Below, in pieces: positions 16,766 to 26,815 of a DNA stretch of 64,000 nucleotides. The position numbers and the translations under genes are program-made. Positions within the stretch are counted from its first letter, which is position 1, and each line of letters begins with the position of its first letter. The notes beneath the pieces were generated by a model. The model saw nothing but the letters and a program-made list of their open reading frames with translations. It made no database searches and was not told the DNA's origin. The stretch is from Planctomycetota bacterium (GTDB lineage Bacteria > Planctomycetota > UBA1135): assembly GCA_045047305.1 (NCBI GenBank), contig JASFYO010000007.1:1-64000 (forward strand), read 5' to 3'.

Positions 16766-19042
16766 ATGGAACCGCTGACTACACGCAACGAAGCCCTGCG
16801 CTATCACAACGAAGGACGGCCCGGAAAGATCGAGGTCGTTCCAAGCAAGCCCTGCCTCACTCAAATTGACCTTTCCTTGGCATATACGCCAGGCGTCGCG
16901 GAACCTTGCCGTGAGATTGCAAAGGACCAATCCAAAGTTTTTGACTACACCGCCAAAGGGAATTTGGTCGCCGTGGTCACCGACGGCTCGGCTGTGCTTG
17001 GCCTCGGAAACATCGGGCCAGATGCTGCCAAGCCGGTTATGGAAGGCAAGGCCATTTTATTCAAACGCTTTGCCGATATCGACGTGTTTGATATCGAACT
17101 CGGCACCCAAGATGTCGACGAAATCGTAGCTGCAGTCAAAGCGATTGCTCCCACCGTTTCCGGAATCAACCTCGAAGACATTTCCGCACCGCGTTGTTTT
17201 GAAATCGAGAAACGTCTCCGCGAGGAATTAAACATTCCAGTCTTCCATGATGATCAACATGGAACGGCACTGATTGTGGGCGCTGCGTTGATTAATGCTG
17301 CGGAAGTTGCGGGCAAGAAAATGGCGGACCTACGTATCGTGGTCAATGGCGCTGGCGCCGCCGCAGTCGCTTGCGCTGAATTTGCCATCAGCCTTGGTGT
17401 CTCACGCGAAAAGTTATTGATGTGCGACTCCAAAGGTGTACTCCACACTGAGCGTGAAGATGAACTGAACATCTACAAGCAAAAGTTTGTGCGCGAAACC
17501 GATCGGCGCACTTTGGCGGATGCAGTGCGCGGCGCCGATGTCTTCCTCGGCGTTTCGGTCGGCAATGTCTTCACTCCCGACATGCTGCTGGATATGGCGC
17601 ACAACCCCATCGTGCTTGCCATGGCAAATCCCGATCCGGAGATTTCCTACCCCCTCGCCAAACGAACCCGCGCCGATGTCATCATGGCGACCGGACGTTC
17701 TGACTTCCCAAACCAAGTCAATAACGTACTCGGCTTCCCCTTCCTTTTTCGCGGGGCCTTAGATGTCCGCGCAACCACCATCAACACCGCGATGTTGCAC
17801 GCGGCCTGTTTCGCTTTGACCGAACTTGCCAAGGAGCCGGTGCCGGACAATGTGACTGCAGCTTATGGCTTAACCAGCATGGAATTCGGGCGTGAATACC
17901 TGATTCCAAAACTGCTCGACCAACGCGTGCTGCGGCGGGTTGCCACGGCGGTGGCAAAGGCAGCGATTGAGTCTGGAGTCGCGCGGCAAGAGTTAGATTT
18001 AGATATCTACACGCGGCAACTTGGAGAACGGCTAGGGGATGAACGCGACTTGATGCGTAAAGTTGTGGCACGTGCACGGCGCTCGGATGGCCTGGTGGTT
18101 TATCCGGAAGGCGAAGAGGAACGCATTCTGATTGCAGCAGAAGCTGTGGTGCAAGAACGCATCGCACGGCCCTTGTTACTCGGGCGCGAAAACGTAATTC
18201 GCAGTAAAGCAAAGGGACTCGGCATCTCCTTAAAGGGTGTTGAGATCCTTGATCCACGCACTGCACCGCAGCGCGAATCCTACGCCAAAGAGCTACTCCG
18301 GATTCGACGTCACCGGCGCGGCAATGAGCAACGCGCCGAGCAACTGTTGCTCGATCCGATGTGGTTTGGGCCCATGATGCTGCGCCTCGGAGATGCAGAT
18401 GCGCTGGTTGGCGGTGTCACCCGTCACGTGCGCAAAGCCATGGGGCCGATGCTCAAAGTAGTGCCACTGCGAAAAGGTGTACGCTTGGCGTGCGGCATGA
18501 CCATCGTGTTCAGCTCAAAAGGGCCGATTTTCCTCACCGATACTGCAGTCAACATTGCGCCAACCGAGGACGACCTCGCTGAAATCGCTCTCCTGGCTGC
18601 TGAAGAGGTGCAGTCGCTTGGAATCGAACCGGTTGTCGCCATGCTGAGTTTCTCCAGTTTTGGGGGCACGCCTCATCCAAAGACCGATATGATTCGCCGC
18701 GCTGTACAGATCGCCCGCGACGAAGCACCCGACATCCTCATTGATGGCGAAATGCGTGTCGACGCCGCCCTCGATCCCGCGGTTCAAATGCGTTACCCCA
18801 ACTGCCGTCTCAACGGCAAACGCGCGAACATTCTGGTTTTCCCGGACTTAGATGCCGCCAACATTGGCTTCAACCTCGTCCGCATGCTCACCGACGCTCC
18901 TGTCGTGGGTCCCATGATGCTCGGCCTTGATCGCCCAGCACACTTACTGCAACCGCACTCCTGCGGTGTGTCCGATGTTGTCCACCTGACTGCTATCGCC
19001 GCCATGGGCGGAACCGCAGTGCCTTACCCAGTCGAAGCCTGA
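16766..19042 (+). CDS. maeB: NADP-dependent malic enzyme with phosphotransacetylase-like domain
   Basis: LSLAYTPGVA, VMEGK, FHDDQHGT, NQVNN; C-terminal PTA-like PEGE, DGEM, ANIL.FP.LDAANI. Confidence 0.95.
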   Translation: MEPLTTRNEALRYHNEGRPGKIEVVPSKPCLTQIDLSLAYTPGVAEPCREIAKDQSKVFDYTAKGNLVAVVTDGSAVLGLGNIGPDAAKPVMEGKAILFKRFADIDVFDIELGTQDVDEIVAAVKAIAPTVSGINLEDISAPRCFEIEKRLREELNIPVFHDDQHGTALIVGAALINAAEVAGKKMADLRIVVNGAGAAAVACAEFAISLGVSREKLLMCDSKGVLHTEREDELNIYKQKFVRETDRRTLADAVRGADVFLGVSVGNVFTPDMLLDMAHNPIVLAMANPDPEISYPLAKRTRADVIMATGRSDFPNQVNNVLGFPFLFRGALDVRATTINTAMLHAACFALTELAKEPVPDNVTAAYGLTSMEFGREYLIPKLLDQRVLRRVATAVAKAAIESGVARQELDLDIYTRQLGERLGDERDLMRKVVARARRSDGLVVYPEGEEERILIAAEAVVQERIARPLLLGRENVIRSKAKGLGISLKGVEILDPRTAPQRESYAKELLRIRRHRRGNEQRAEQLLLDPMWFGPMMLRLGDADALVGGVTRHVRKAMGPMLKVVPLRKGVRLACGMTIVFSSKGPIFLTDTAVNIAPTEDDLAEIALLAAEEVQSLGIEPVVAMLSFSSFGGTPHPKTDMIRRAVQIARDEAPDILIDGEMRVDAALDPAVQMRYPNCRLNGKRANILVFPDLDAANIGFNLVRMLTDAPVVGPMMLGLDRPAHLLQPHSCGVSDVVHLTAIAAMGGTAVPYPVEA

Positions 19043-20778
19043 TGTCTCACTCCGTAGTTTTTGAACTCCCTCCCGATTGCGATCCTGAGGAGCAGCCGCA
19101 GGATGCATGGCGCGACATGGCATCGCAGCAACTAGAGATCCCGATGAAGGACATTGTTGCTGTGGAATTAGTGCGCATTAGTTTTGATGCGCGCGCACGG
19201 CACATGGAGTGGCGCATCAGTGCCGAGGTGTACATGGAAGGAGAAGAGCTTCCATCTCCGCCCTCGGAAGAGCCACCACGCTATGCCGCACCTGCGGATG
19301 ATGCCGCCCATGTGATTGTAATTGGCAGTGGTCCTGCCGGTTTATTCGCAGCATTGCGCCTGATTGAGAAGGGCGTAAGGGTAACGGTTTGCGAGCGTGG
19401 CGTGGAAGTGCAAGCCCGACGCAGAGATATTGCAGACCTCAACCGTGGCGAGCAAGCAGAGCCTGAAAGCAACTACGCCTTCGGTGAGGGTGGTGCGGGA
19501 ACCTTCTCAGATGGCAAGCTTTACACCCGTAGCTCCAAGCGCGGCAATGTGAAGGAGATCCTTGAGATGTTCGTCGCGCATGGAGCGCCGGCACGCATCT
19601 TGTCGGCATGGCGCCCGCACATCGGTAGTAACCTTTTGCCGAAGGTGGTCAGCGCTATCACCGAAACCATTCGCGCAGCAGGTAGCGAGATCCTGTTCAA
19701 CGCTCGCGTGGATGAAATCATTACTGCCGACGACAGCGAAAACCCAACAGTCAAAGGTGTGAAGCTCAGTGATGGGCGCGAACTGGATGCGCAAGCCGTC
19801 GTTCTTGCTACCGGGCACAGCGCGCTCGATGCTCTGCAACTCGCACAACGCGCGGGCGCAACATTGGAAGCAAAAGGGTTTGCCATGGGACTGCGCGTGG
19901 AGCATTCTCAAGAATGGTTGGACCAAGTGCAATACCGCGGCATGCGCGAAGACGCTGGACTGCCAGCATCCTTCTACGAAGTAAATACGCAGATCCACGA
20001 GCGTGGCGTATTTAGTTTCTGTATGTGCCCCGGTGGCTGGATTGTTCCAAGCCAATCGACCCCTGGCACGTTAGTGGTTAACGGTATGTCTTTATCGAAA
20101 CGCGATTCACCATTTGCCAACGCAGGCATTGTGGTTTCGATTGAGCCTAAGGATTGGTGCGGCAAGCGCGGATGGCGTTGGGGTTTCAACGACATGATGA
20201 AGCGTGCTGCCGAAGTTTCCGATCACCCCATGCTGCATGAATCGATTGAGGATCCGCGTGGCGGCGATGCCATCAACGTGGAGGAAGGTCGTCTTCCTGT
20301 GCACCCCGCAATCGACCCATTCTTTGGCGTACGGCTGCAACTTGCCCTAGAAGTCTTGGCCTCTCACGCCGGCGGTCTCGACGGTAAAGCCCCGGCGCAA
20401 CGATGTGATTTGTTCGTTGCCGGCGAAGGTGAAGTGGGCGAAGAAATGCCTACCAGCTACCTGCCAGGAGTCACGCCAACCGACCTGGCAAGCTTCCTCC
20501 CAAGGGGTATCACCAACCGTTTACGTGAGGCTTTGACCGAGTTCGACGGCCACTTGCCTGGCTTTGCGAGTTCCAATGGCCAACTTTTGGGTGTCGAAAC
20601 TAGAACTTCTTCGCCAGTACGGATTATGCGTGATGCAGAATCCCTGGAAAGCAACTCCCTAGCTGGCCTTTACCCTTGTGGGGAAGGCGCTGGCTATGCC
20701 GGTGGAATTGTTTCAGCAGCACTGGATGGAGTCCAAGTTGCCAATAAAATCCTGGCGCAAATTCCTGTGAACTCTTGA
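19042..20778 (+). CDS. FAD-dependent oxidoreductase (COG2509-like)
   Basis: GSGPAG, FGEGGAGTFSDGKL, FCMCPGG, ETRTSSPVRI, GEGAGYAGGI. Confidence 0.9.
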   Translation: MSHSVVFELPPDCDPEEQPQDAWRDMASQQLEIPMKDIVAVELVRISFDARARHMEWRISAEVYMEGEELPSPPSEEPPRYAAPADDAAHVIVIGSGPAGLFAALRLIEKGVRVTVCERGVEVQARRRDIADLNRGEQAEPESNYAFGEGGAGTFSDGKLYTRSSKRGNVKEILEMFVAHGAPARILSAWRPHIGSNLLPKVVSAITETIRAAGSEILFNARVDEIITADDSENPTVKGVKLSDGRELDAQAVVLATGHSALDALQLAQRAGATLEAKGFAMGLRVEHSQEWLDQVQYRGMREDAGLPASFYEVNTQIHERGVFSFCMCPGGWIVPSQSTPGTLVVNGMSLSKRDSPFANAGIVVSIEPKDWCGKRGWRWGFNDMMKRAAEVSDHPMLHESIEDPRGGDAINVEEGRLPVHPAIDPFFGVRLQLALEVLASHAGGLDGKAPAQRCDLFVAGEGEVGEEMPTSYLPGVTPTDLASFLPRGITNRLREALTEFDGHLPGFASSNGQLLGVETRTSSPVRIMRDAESLESNSLAGLYPCGEGAGYAGGIVSAALDGVQVANKILAQIPVNS

Positions 20779-21713
20779 GTCCTGGGGATTGGATGGCCGA
20801 TAAACCAAGGCTTATGCCCGTCCCCTTCCATTTAAGTGCCCAACCGGAAGGCCTTCCATACACACGTGAGAGGTCAGTCATTGATGGCATTGAGCGCATC
20901 ACCTACACGCCATTAGTAAAGCGCTACGACACTCCATTATTATTCACCCATGGTATGTGGCATGGAGCTTGGTGCTGGCAAGGATGGCAACAACTGTTTG
21001 CCCTTTGGGGCTGGGAGAGCGTTTCCTTTAGCTTGCCAGGGCATGGCGAATCCCCGGTTCAGCGCCCGATTCGTTGGTGCACCCTTGGCTACTACACAAA
21101 GTTTTTGGAGCACGAAGTCAACCGCTTGGCTCAAAAGCCTGTAGTCATTGGCCACAGTTTAGGCACTGCCCTTTGCCAACGTTACCTCAAAAGCGTCGGC
21201 GATCTACCTGCCGCCGTCATGCTTTCACCGTGGTTATCCCATCGTATGATTGGCTTATTCGCGCGCTACTTTGGGCTCGACTTTGCGGGTGGGCTCACCG
21301 CATGCCTCACGCTGTCGGCAACTCCTGCAGTGCGCAGTCCAGCCAATGCTGCACGGATTTTCCTTTCCGATTCCGCTGTGTGCACCCCAGAAGAATTGCA
21401 CGATGGCCTTTGTGAAGAATCCATGTGGTTGGTGTTACAGCACAACCCTCCGTTTTGGAAACCAAAAACCGATACGGACACTCCGCTACTGTGGATATCG
21501 GCGGGCAAGGATCTCTTAATTCCAGAAAGCCAATCACGCGAATCAGCCAAATTATTTAGCGCGGATTACATGGTGGCGGAACTTGCTGGTCATGATCTCA
21601 TGATGGAGCCGGACCACGCATTAACCGCGGCCTGGATTCATGATTGGCTGGCGCAACGCTTCCTCCACGAAAGCGAGAAAAACGATAAATTAACCGCCGA
21701 TCTCGCGGCCTAA
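20775..21713 (+). CDS. alpha/beta hydrolase (start uncertain)
   Basis: HGMWHG oxyanion region, GHSLG nucleophile, D and GHDLM catalytic His. Confidence 0.85.
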   Translation: MSPGDWMADKPRLMPVPFHLSAQPEGLPYTRERSVIDGIERITYTPLVKRYDTPLLFTHGMWHGAWCWQGWQQLFALWGWESVSFSLPGHGESPVQRPIRWCTLGYYTKFLEHEVNRLAQKPVVIGHSLGTALCQRYLKSVGDLPAAVMLSPWLSHRMIGLFARYFGLDFAGGLTACLTLSATPAVRSPANAARIFLSDSAVCTPEELHDGLCEESMWLVLQHNPPFWKPKTDTDTPLLWISAGKDLLIPESQSRESAKLFSADYMVAELAGHDLMMEPDHALTAAWIHDWLAQRFLHESEKNDKLTADLAA

Positions 21714-22382
21714 TTTTTCGTCGGCCCAGCTTGGGGCCAACGCTGTAAAGCGCAAAATATCATCCTTTGTAGGGTGTTTAAATTCCAGGCTCGAAGCATG
21801 TAAGCCAACGGAACGGTTCTTAAGCGGCTGATCCGCGCCGTACTTCAAGTCGCCGGCAAGCACTAATCCGGCACATGCACACGCCACACGGAGTTGATGC
21901 GCACGCCCCGTCTTCGGCTGCAAGCGGAGCAAAGTGCCGCGGGAGTTCACCTCCAATATTTCCCATTCAGTGACAGCTTCTTTCGCGCCATCGCGTCGGC
22001 TGACAAGGACACGATTTCGCGAGCGATCTTTCCACAACCATTGACGCCACTCCCCTGCCTGGCCCAAGTTGTTTTTTGGTGTCGCGCGACTCCAAGCAAG
22101 ATAGGTCTTTTGCACTTCGTGCTTCTGCCATGCCGCCGATAACCGAGATGCGCCTTTACTGGTGCGCGCAAAAACCACCACTCCAGAAACCGGGCGGTCC
22201 AAGCGATGGACCACACCTAAAAAAATATTACCTGGCTTGTCGTACTCCTTCTTAACCCACTCTTTCGCCTGGTCGAGAAGGGAGAGATCCCCACTATCGT
22301 CGGGGACGATCGGTTGGCATGCAGGCTTTGCCACCACCAAAATGTGATTGTCCACGAAGATCACTTCCAACTTGGCGCTCAC
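21690..22382 (-). CDS. RluA-family pseudouridine synthase
   Basis: VHRLDRPVSG, TGRAHQLR, GDLKYG, LHA; GTG start overlaps the kinase stop. Confidence 0.9.
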   Translation of the reverse strand: MSAKLEVIFVDNHILVVAKPACQPIVPDDSGDLSLLDQAKEWVKKEYDKPGNIFLGVVHRLDRPVSGVVVFARTSKGASRLSAAWQKHEVQKTYLAWSRATPKNNLGQAGEWRQWLWKDRSRNRVLVSRRDGAKEAVTEWEILEVNSRGTLLRLQPKTGRAHQLRVACACAGLVLAGDLKYGADQPLKNRSVGLHASSLEFKHPTKDDILRFTALAPSWADEKLGREIGG

Positions 22383-24391
22383 GCAGAGTCTCCCTTCGCC
22401 AAACAATACTCAACCAAACTTAAAAGCTCGGTGCGCGAAAACGGTTTCGCCAGGAAACTTGCTTTCAACTCGCGCACCACATCCATCGACAAGTCCGTGG
22501 CGTAGCCAGTCGTAATGATGATGCTTCCCGCATAACCATCCTCCCGCAATTTGCGTGCAAGATCCAACCCCCCGACCTCTGGCATAAAGGTGTCGGTAAA
22601 CACCAAATCCACTTTGCCTTGTTGCTCAAAAAACTTCAGGGCTTCTTTACCATTGCAAACGGCTACAACCTCGTGCCCAACACTTTCCAATATCGCAATA
22701 GAGACTGCGCGCACCGCTTCCTCATCCTCGACCACAAGAATATTACACTCCCGAGTTTTCACAACCCCCTTTACCTTTTCAGGGTATGCCGTTGGGGAGT
22801 CAGATTCCATCGGGAGGAAAACATGGATTTGGGTGCCCAACTGTGGCTCACTCTCTACTTGAATGGAGCCTTTCGCCCCCCGGACAATCCCGTAAACCGT
22901 AGCAAGACCAAGGCCAGTGCCTTCGCCGGCTTTCTTCGTGGTGAAAAAAGGTTCAAATACGCGATCCCGTACTTCTGGGGTCATGCCAACGCCGTTGTCA
23001 CTTACGCACAAATGCAACCAGTTACCCGGCCGGCTTTGTGCATCGTGAGTTTTAGGCTCGACTCTAACCGCTAGCTCTCCACCCTGCGGCAAGGCATCCA
23101 TGGAGTTCGTCACTAGGTTAAGGACTACCTGCCCCAATTCCGACGGCGCCAATGGCAAACTCTCTAATTCGCCCTCGACTTGAAAAGTGAACTGTATGTC
23201 GCCCCTAACTAGGGGCCGTAGCAAACCATATAGGGCATCCAATTCCGATTTGGCATCACAATGTCCGCGGTCCATGTGCTGAGTACGAGAAAACGTAAGC
23301 AAGCGCGATGTCATCTCTGATGCTCGATCACATGCTTGAAGGATACGCTTTAAGTGACGGCCGGTAGCACTCGTTGGCAAAACGTCCATAGCCGCAAGGC
23401 TTGCGCTGCCGGTAATCGCGGTCAGGAGGTTGTTGAAGTCATGAGCGACACCACCTGCAAGCTCGCCAACGGCTTCCATCTTTCGAGCTTGAGCCATGCG
23501 CTCTTTCACCAATCGTTTTTGCTCCAGGGTTTGTTGATGCTCTTCACGCCGAGCGAGGAAAAGGAATATGCACGCGGCAAAGGCGAAAACAAAACCTAGG
23601 CCGCCGAAAATAAAGGCTACGTTATGAAAATCCCCTAGGGCCGCAAAGGTGCTTTCGGTTGGAAAAAGCTGGATGTCCCAGGTGCGATCCAGGATTGCCA
23701 AGCTTGCCGCGCCAGACCTTGATAAGCAGAGATGCTCTTCGCCCCCAGGATTTGAAGCATATAATTGGGCATCGTGATCCCAAATCTCTATGCCAAAACG
23801 ACTGCGTAGATCCAAACCTAGTGCATCTTCCAGCATGCCCTGAGAACGGAAAACGCCATTGATAAATCCCTGGATTTGAGGTTCCCCTTGATCGTGAGAA
23901 TATACGGGGAAGTAAGTCGCAAACCCAAGCCCTCCCTGGAATAGTTGAAGCGGAGCTGTCACGCACGTTTTTGACATGGATGCAGAACCCTGAATGGCCA
24001 CTGCTGCAATCGGATTCTCAAGGATGTTCTTGCCTAACGCGGGCTCATTTCCATCTAAGGGTGATACCCAAATAATGTTGAAGTCTTTGTCAATCCAATT
24101 AAGTGCCTGAATCCCAGAAAGCTGCCCACATAAAACCGTCGCTTGATCTAAAAACTGTTCTTTCGTTTTTATCAAACCACTTTCCATGCCTTGCCGCATC
24201 AAATGGAGCGAAAGTAACCGACTCTTCAAATAATCCTGCAGCCGCAAAGCGGTTTGACTCGCAATTAAATCAACGCGATCATGCACCTCTGCCACTGAAT
24301 CTTGGTGCAATTTATTCCCCACCCAAAGCACTGGAAGACCAAGAACCACAGCGGTGATTCCGGCAGCAATTAGGGGCTTCGCTCGTTGCAT
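22379..24391 (-). CDS. CHASE-domain hybrid sensor histidine kinase / receiver
   Basis: TM-CHASE-like-TM; AGGVAHDFNNLL H-box; FEPFFTTK..GTGLGL; C-terminal receiver (VEDE, TD..MP, AKPF). Confidence 0.92.
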   Translation of the reverse strand: MQRAKPLIAAGITAVVLGLPVLWVGNKLHQDSVAEVHDRVDLIASQTALRLQDYLKSRLLSLHLMRQGMESGLIKTKEQFLDQATVLCGQLSGIQALNWIDKDFNIIWVSPLDGNEPALGKNILENPIAAVAIQGSASMSKTCVTAPLQLFQGGLGFATYFPVYSHDQGEPQIQGFINGVFRSQGMLEDALGLDLRSRFGIEIWDHDAQLYASNPGGEEHLCLSRSGAASLAILDRTWDIQLFPTESTFAALGDFHNVAFIFGGLGFVFAFAACIFLFLARREEHQQTLEQKRLVKERMAQARKMEAVGELAGGVAHDFNNLLTAITGSASLAAMDVLPTSATGRHLKRILQACDRASEMTSRLLTFSRTQHMDRGHCDAKSELDALYGLLRPLVRGDIQFTFQVEGELESLPLAPSELGQVVLNLVTNSMDALPQGGELAVRVEPKTHDAQSRPGNWLHLCVSDNGVGMTPEVRDRVFEPFFTTKKAGEGTGLGLATVYGIVRGAKGSIQVESEPQLGTQIHVFLPMESDSPTAYPEKVKGVVKTRECNILVVEDEEAVRAVSIAILESVGHEVVAVCNGKEALKFFEQQGKVDLVFTDTFMPEVGGLDLARKLREDGYAGSIIITTGYATDLSMDVVRELKASFLAKPFSRTELLSLVEYCLAKGDSA

Positions 24392-24394
24392 GAC

Positions 24395-25273
24395 TTAAAG
24401 TTTCTGCCAGCGACCGCAGAACCCACATGGGAGGCGTCGGCCCGATGCGGATTCTGGAACCCAAAGTTCCCCGCAGTCAACGCCGCCTGGGCCAAGATCG
24501 CTCAACATATTATGAAAGGCTAACGGCGAGCAGCCAATCGCATAAGAGGAAAGAATGAGAAAACTCCCTTTTACCGGGGCAAGCAAACTGTGGGCTTCTT
24601 CAAGCAAGGGCATGATGCCAGCTTCGAACTGCCACTTTTCGCCCTTAGGACCACGCCCATAGTGCGGCGGATCCAGCAGAATGCCGTGATAAGTATTCCC
24701 ACGACGGCTTTCTCTTGAAACGAACTTGGCTGCGTCTTCCAGAATCCAACGCAAGGCGCGGTCATCGAGCCCGCTCAATGCCGCATTCTCTGCTGCCCAA
24801 TCCAAAGAGGACCGCGAAGCATCTAAATGAGTGACTTCCCAGCCATCTTGTGCGGCAAGAATACTGGCGACGCCGGTATAGCCAAATAGATTCAGCAGGC
24901 GCAGCGGGCCATCGACTTGTTGCTGCAAGCTTTGCCGTTGCTCGCTCACCCACTTCCAGTTCGCCGCCTGCTCTGGGAAAATACCGACATGCTTAAACGG
25001 CGTAGGCTGCACGCGTAATTCCAATCCCCCTGAGTGCAACTTCCATTGACTCGGAAGCGAGTTATTTGCCTTATGCCAGAACCCGCCGCGGTCGCTTTCA
25101 CGCTCGAAACGATAATCTGCCTGCTTCCATTCACTTGCATCCAAGTGCGGGCGCCACAAGGCTTGCGGGTCAGGCCGACGCAAAACATAGGGGCCAAAGC
25201 GTTCTAACTTCTCGCCGCGACCGCTATCTAACAGCTCGTAGGAGGCCAGGCCGGGGTAGGCAAAGTTATCCAT
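24395..25273 (-). CDS. class I SAM-dependent methyltransferase (COG1092, RlmI/RlmK-like)
   Basis: HVGIFPEQ, LNLFGYTG, LDPP. Confidence 0.85.
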   Translation of the reverse strand: MDNFAYPGLASYELLDSGRGEKLERFGPYVLRRPDPQALWRPHLDASEWKQADYRFERESDRGGFWHKANNSLPSQWKLHSGGLELRVQPTPFKHVGIFPEQAANWKWVSEQRQSLQQQVDGPLRLLNLFGYTGVASILAAQDGWEVTHLDASRSSLDWAAENAALSGLDDRALRWILEDAAKFVSRESRRGNTYHGILLDPPHYGRGPKGEKWQFEAGIMPLLEEAHSLLAPVKGSFLILSSYAIGCSPLAFHNMLSDLGPGGVDCGELWVPESASGRRLPCGFCGRWQKL

Positions 25274-25361
25274 TGCGGCAAAGGATAGCCGGATTCAGGG
25301 GTGGCGAAGGCCCTTGCAGGCGTTACCTTTGTTGGTCCGCATTCGCGGGCCCCACAGTCCC

Positions 25362-26525
25362 ATGACAACTCTCTTTGTGGCAAAGGAAAGCCGCGACGGC
25401 GAAACCCGTTGTGCGGCCACTCCCGAAACCGTTGGACGCTACACGAAACGTGGCTTTAAGGTGCTGGTGCAAGCCGGTGCTGGAGAAGCTGCGAATTATC
25501 GTGACTCCGACTTCCTCACTGCCGGTGCCGAAATCATTGCTGATTTCACTACTGGGTGTTCCCAATCCGACTTAGTTCTTAAAGTTTCACGCGCCACCGT
25601 AGAGGAGGCGGGCTTGATGAAGAAAGGATCCTTGCTGATTTCTTTCCTACAAGCCGTGCAGGACCCAGAACCAGCAAAAGCTTTGCTCGATGCTGGCGTA
25701 GGAAGCTTTGCAATGGAGTTAGTCCCGCGCACGACCTTGGCACAAAAGATGGACGCGCTTTCATCGCAAGCCAATATCGCTGGATACAAAGCAGTGTTAC
25801 TTGCGGCATGTGAGCTAGGCCGTTACTTCCCATTATTGATGACTGCGGCTGGCACCGTAAAGCCAGCACGCGTAGTCATCTTTGGCGTTGGCGTTGCCGG
25901 GTTGCAAGCGATTGCAACCGCGAAGCGTCTTGGCGCCATTGTGGAAGCCACCGACATTCGCCCAGAAGTGAAAGAGCAAGTCGAATCTCTTGGTGGCAAG
26001 TTCATCGAAGTGAAGCCGGATGAGGATGGCGAAGAAGCTAGCGTTTACGCAAAGGAAGCCTCGGATGATTACAAGAGGCGTCAGGCAGAAGCGGTTACGG
26101 CGAGTGTGGCAGCCGCCAATGTGGTGATTACCACAGCACAGGTGCCAGGCAAGCGCGCACCGGTCCTGATGCCAGATGCCATGATCGCGCAGATGCAAAA
26201 CGGCGCAGTGATTGTGGACCTTGCCGTGGAGCAGGGCGGAAACGTTGAAGGTAGTGAAGTCGGAAAAGTGGTGATTAAGCATGGGGTGCACATCGTGGGC
26301 ACGCCAAACTTGCCAGCTACGGTTCCGCAGCACGCAACGGATTTGTATGCACGCAATGTGCAACATGTTGTCGATCACATCGTCCCCACCAAAGAGAACG
26401 ATGACTTGGAACTACGCCTAGATCTGGAAGATGAAATCATCTCCGGCTCGATTGCATTCCTAAACGGCGATGTCCGCCACGCCCCTACCGCTGAAGCCCT
26501 AAACCTCGAGGTCGCCCAGTCATGA
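25362..26525 (+). CDS. pntA: NAD(P) transhydrogenase alpha subunit, NAD-binding part
   Basis: KE...ETR.AATPE, MDALSSQANIAGYKAV, GVGVAGLQA, DLAVEQGGN. Confidence 0.95.
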   Translation: MTTLFVAKESRDGETRCAATPETVGRYTKRGFKVLVQAGAGEAANYRDSDFLTAGAEIIADFTTGCSQSDLVLKVSRATVEEAGLMKKGSLLISFLQAVQDPEPAKALLDAGVGSFAMELVPRTTLAQKMDALSSQANIAGYKAVLLAACELGRYFPLLMTAAGTVKPARVVIFGVGVAGLQAIATAKRLGAIVEATDIRPEVKEQVESLGGKFIEVKPDEDGEEASVYAKEASDDYKRRQAEAVTASVAAANVVITTAQVPGKRAPVLMPDAMIAQMQNGAVIVDLAVEQGGNVEGSEVGKVVIKHGVHIVGTPNLPATVPQHATDLYARNVQHVVDHIVPTKENDDLELRLDLEDEIISGSIAFLNGDVRHAPTAEALNLEVAQS

Positions 26526-26812
26526 TTTTCCTGCTCATGCTTTTTGTGTTCATGCTGGCGATTGTCGTCGGCAATGAACTCATTTCGAAAGTCCCCCCGA
26601 CTTTGCATACACCGCTGATGTCGGGTGCCAATGCAATTTCTGGCATTACGATTGTGGGCGCATTAATGTGCGCGCAATTCACCGATGGAATGGCTTCGCA
26701 GATTCTTGGTGTGATTGCGATTGCGCTCGCCACGATTAACGTGATTGGCGGCTTCATGGTCACTGACCGCATGCTTGGCATGTTCGCTTCTAAGAAAAAA
26801 AAGGGGAAGTAA
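26522..26812 (+). CDS. pntA: NAD(P) transhydrogenase alpha subunit, membrane part
   Basis: KVPPTLHTPLMSGANAISG, GGFMVTDRML. Confidence 0.95.
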   Translation: MIFLLMLFVFMLAIVVGNELISKVPPTLHTPLMSGANAISGITIVGALMCAQFTDGMASQILGVIAIALATINVIGGFMVTDRMLGMFASKKKKGK

Positions 26813-26815
26813 ATC

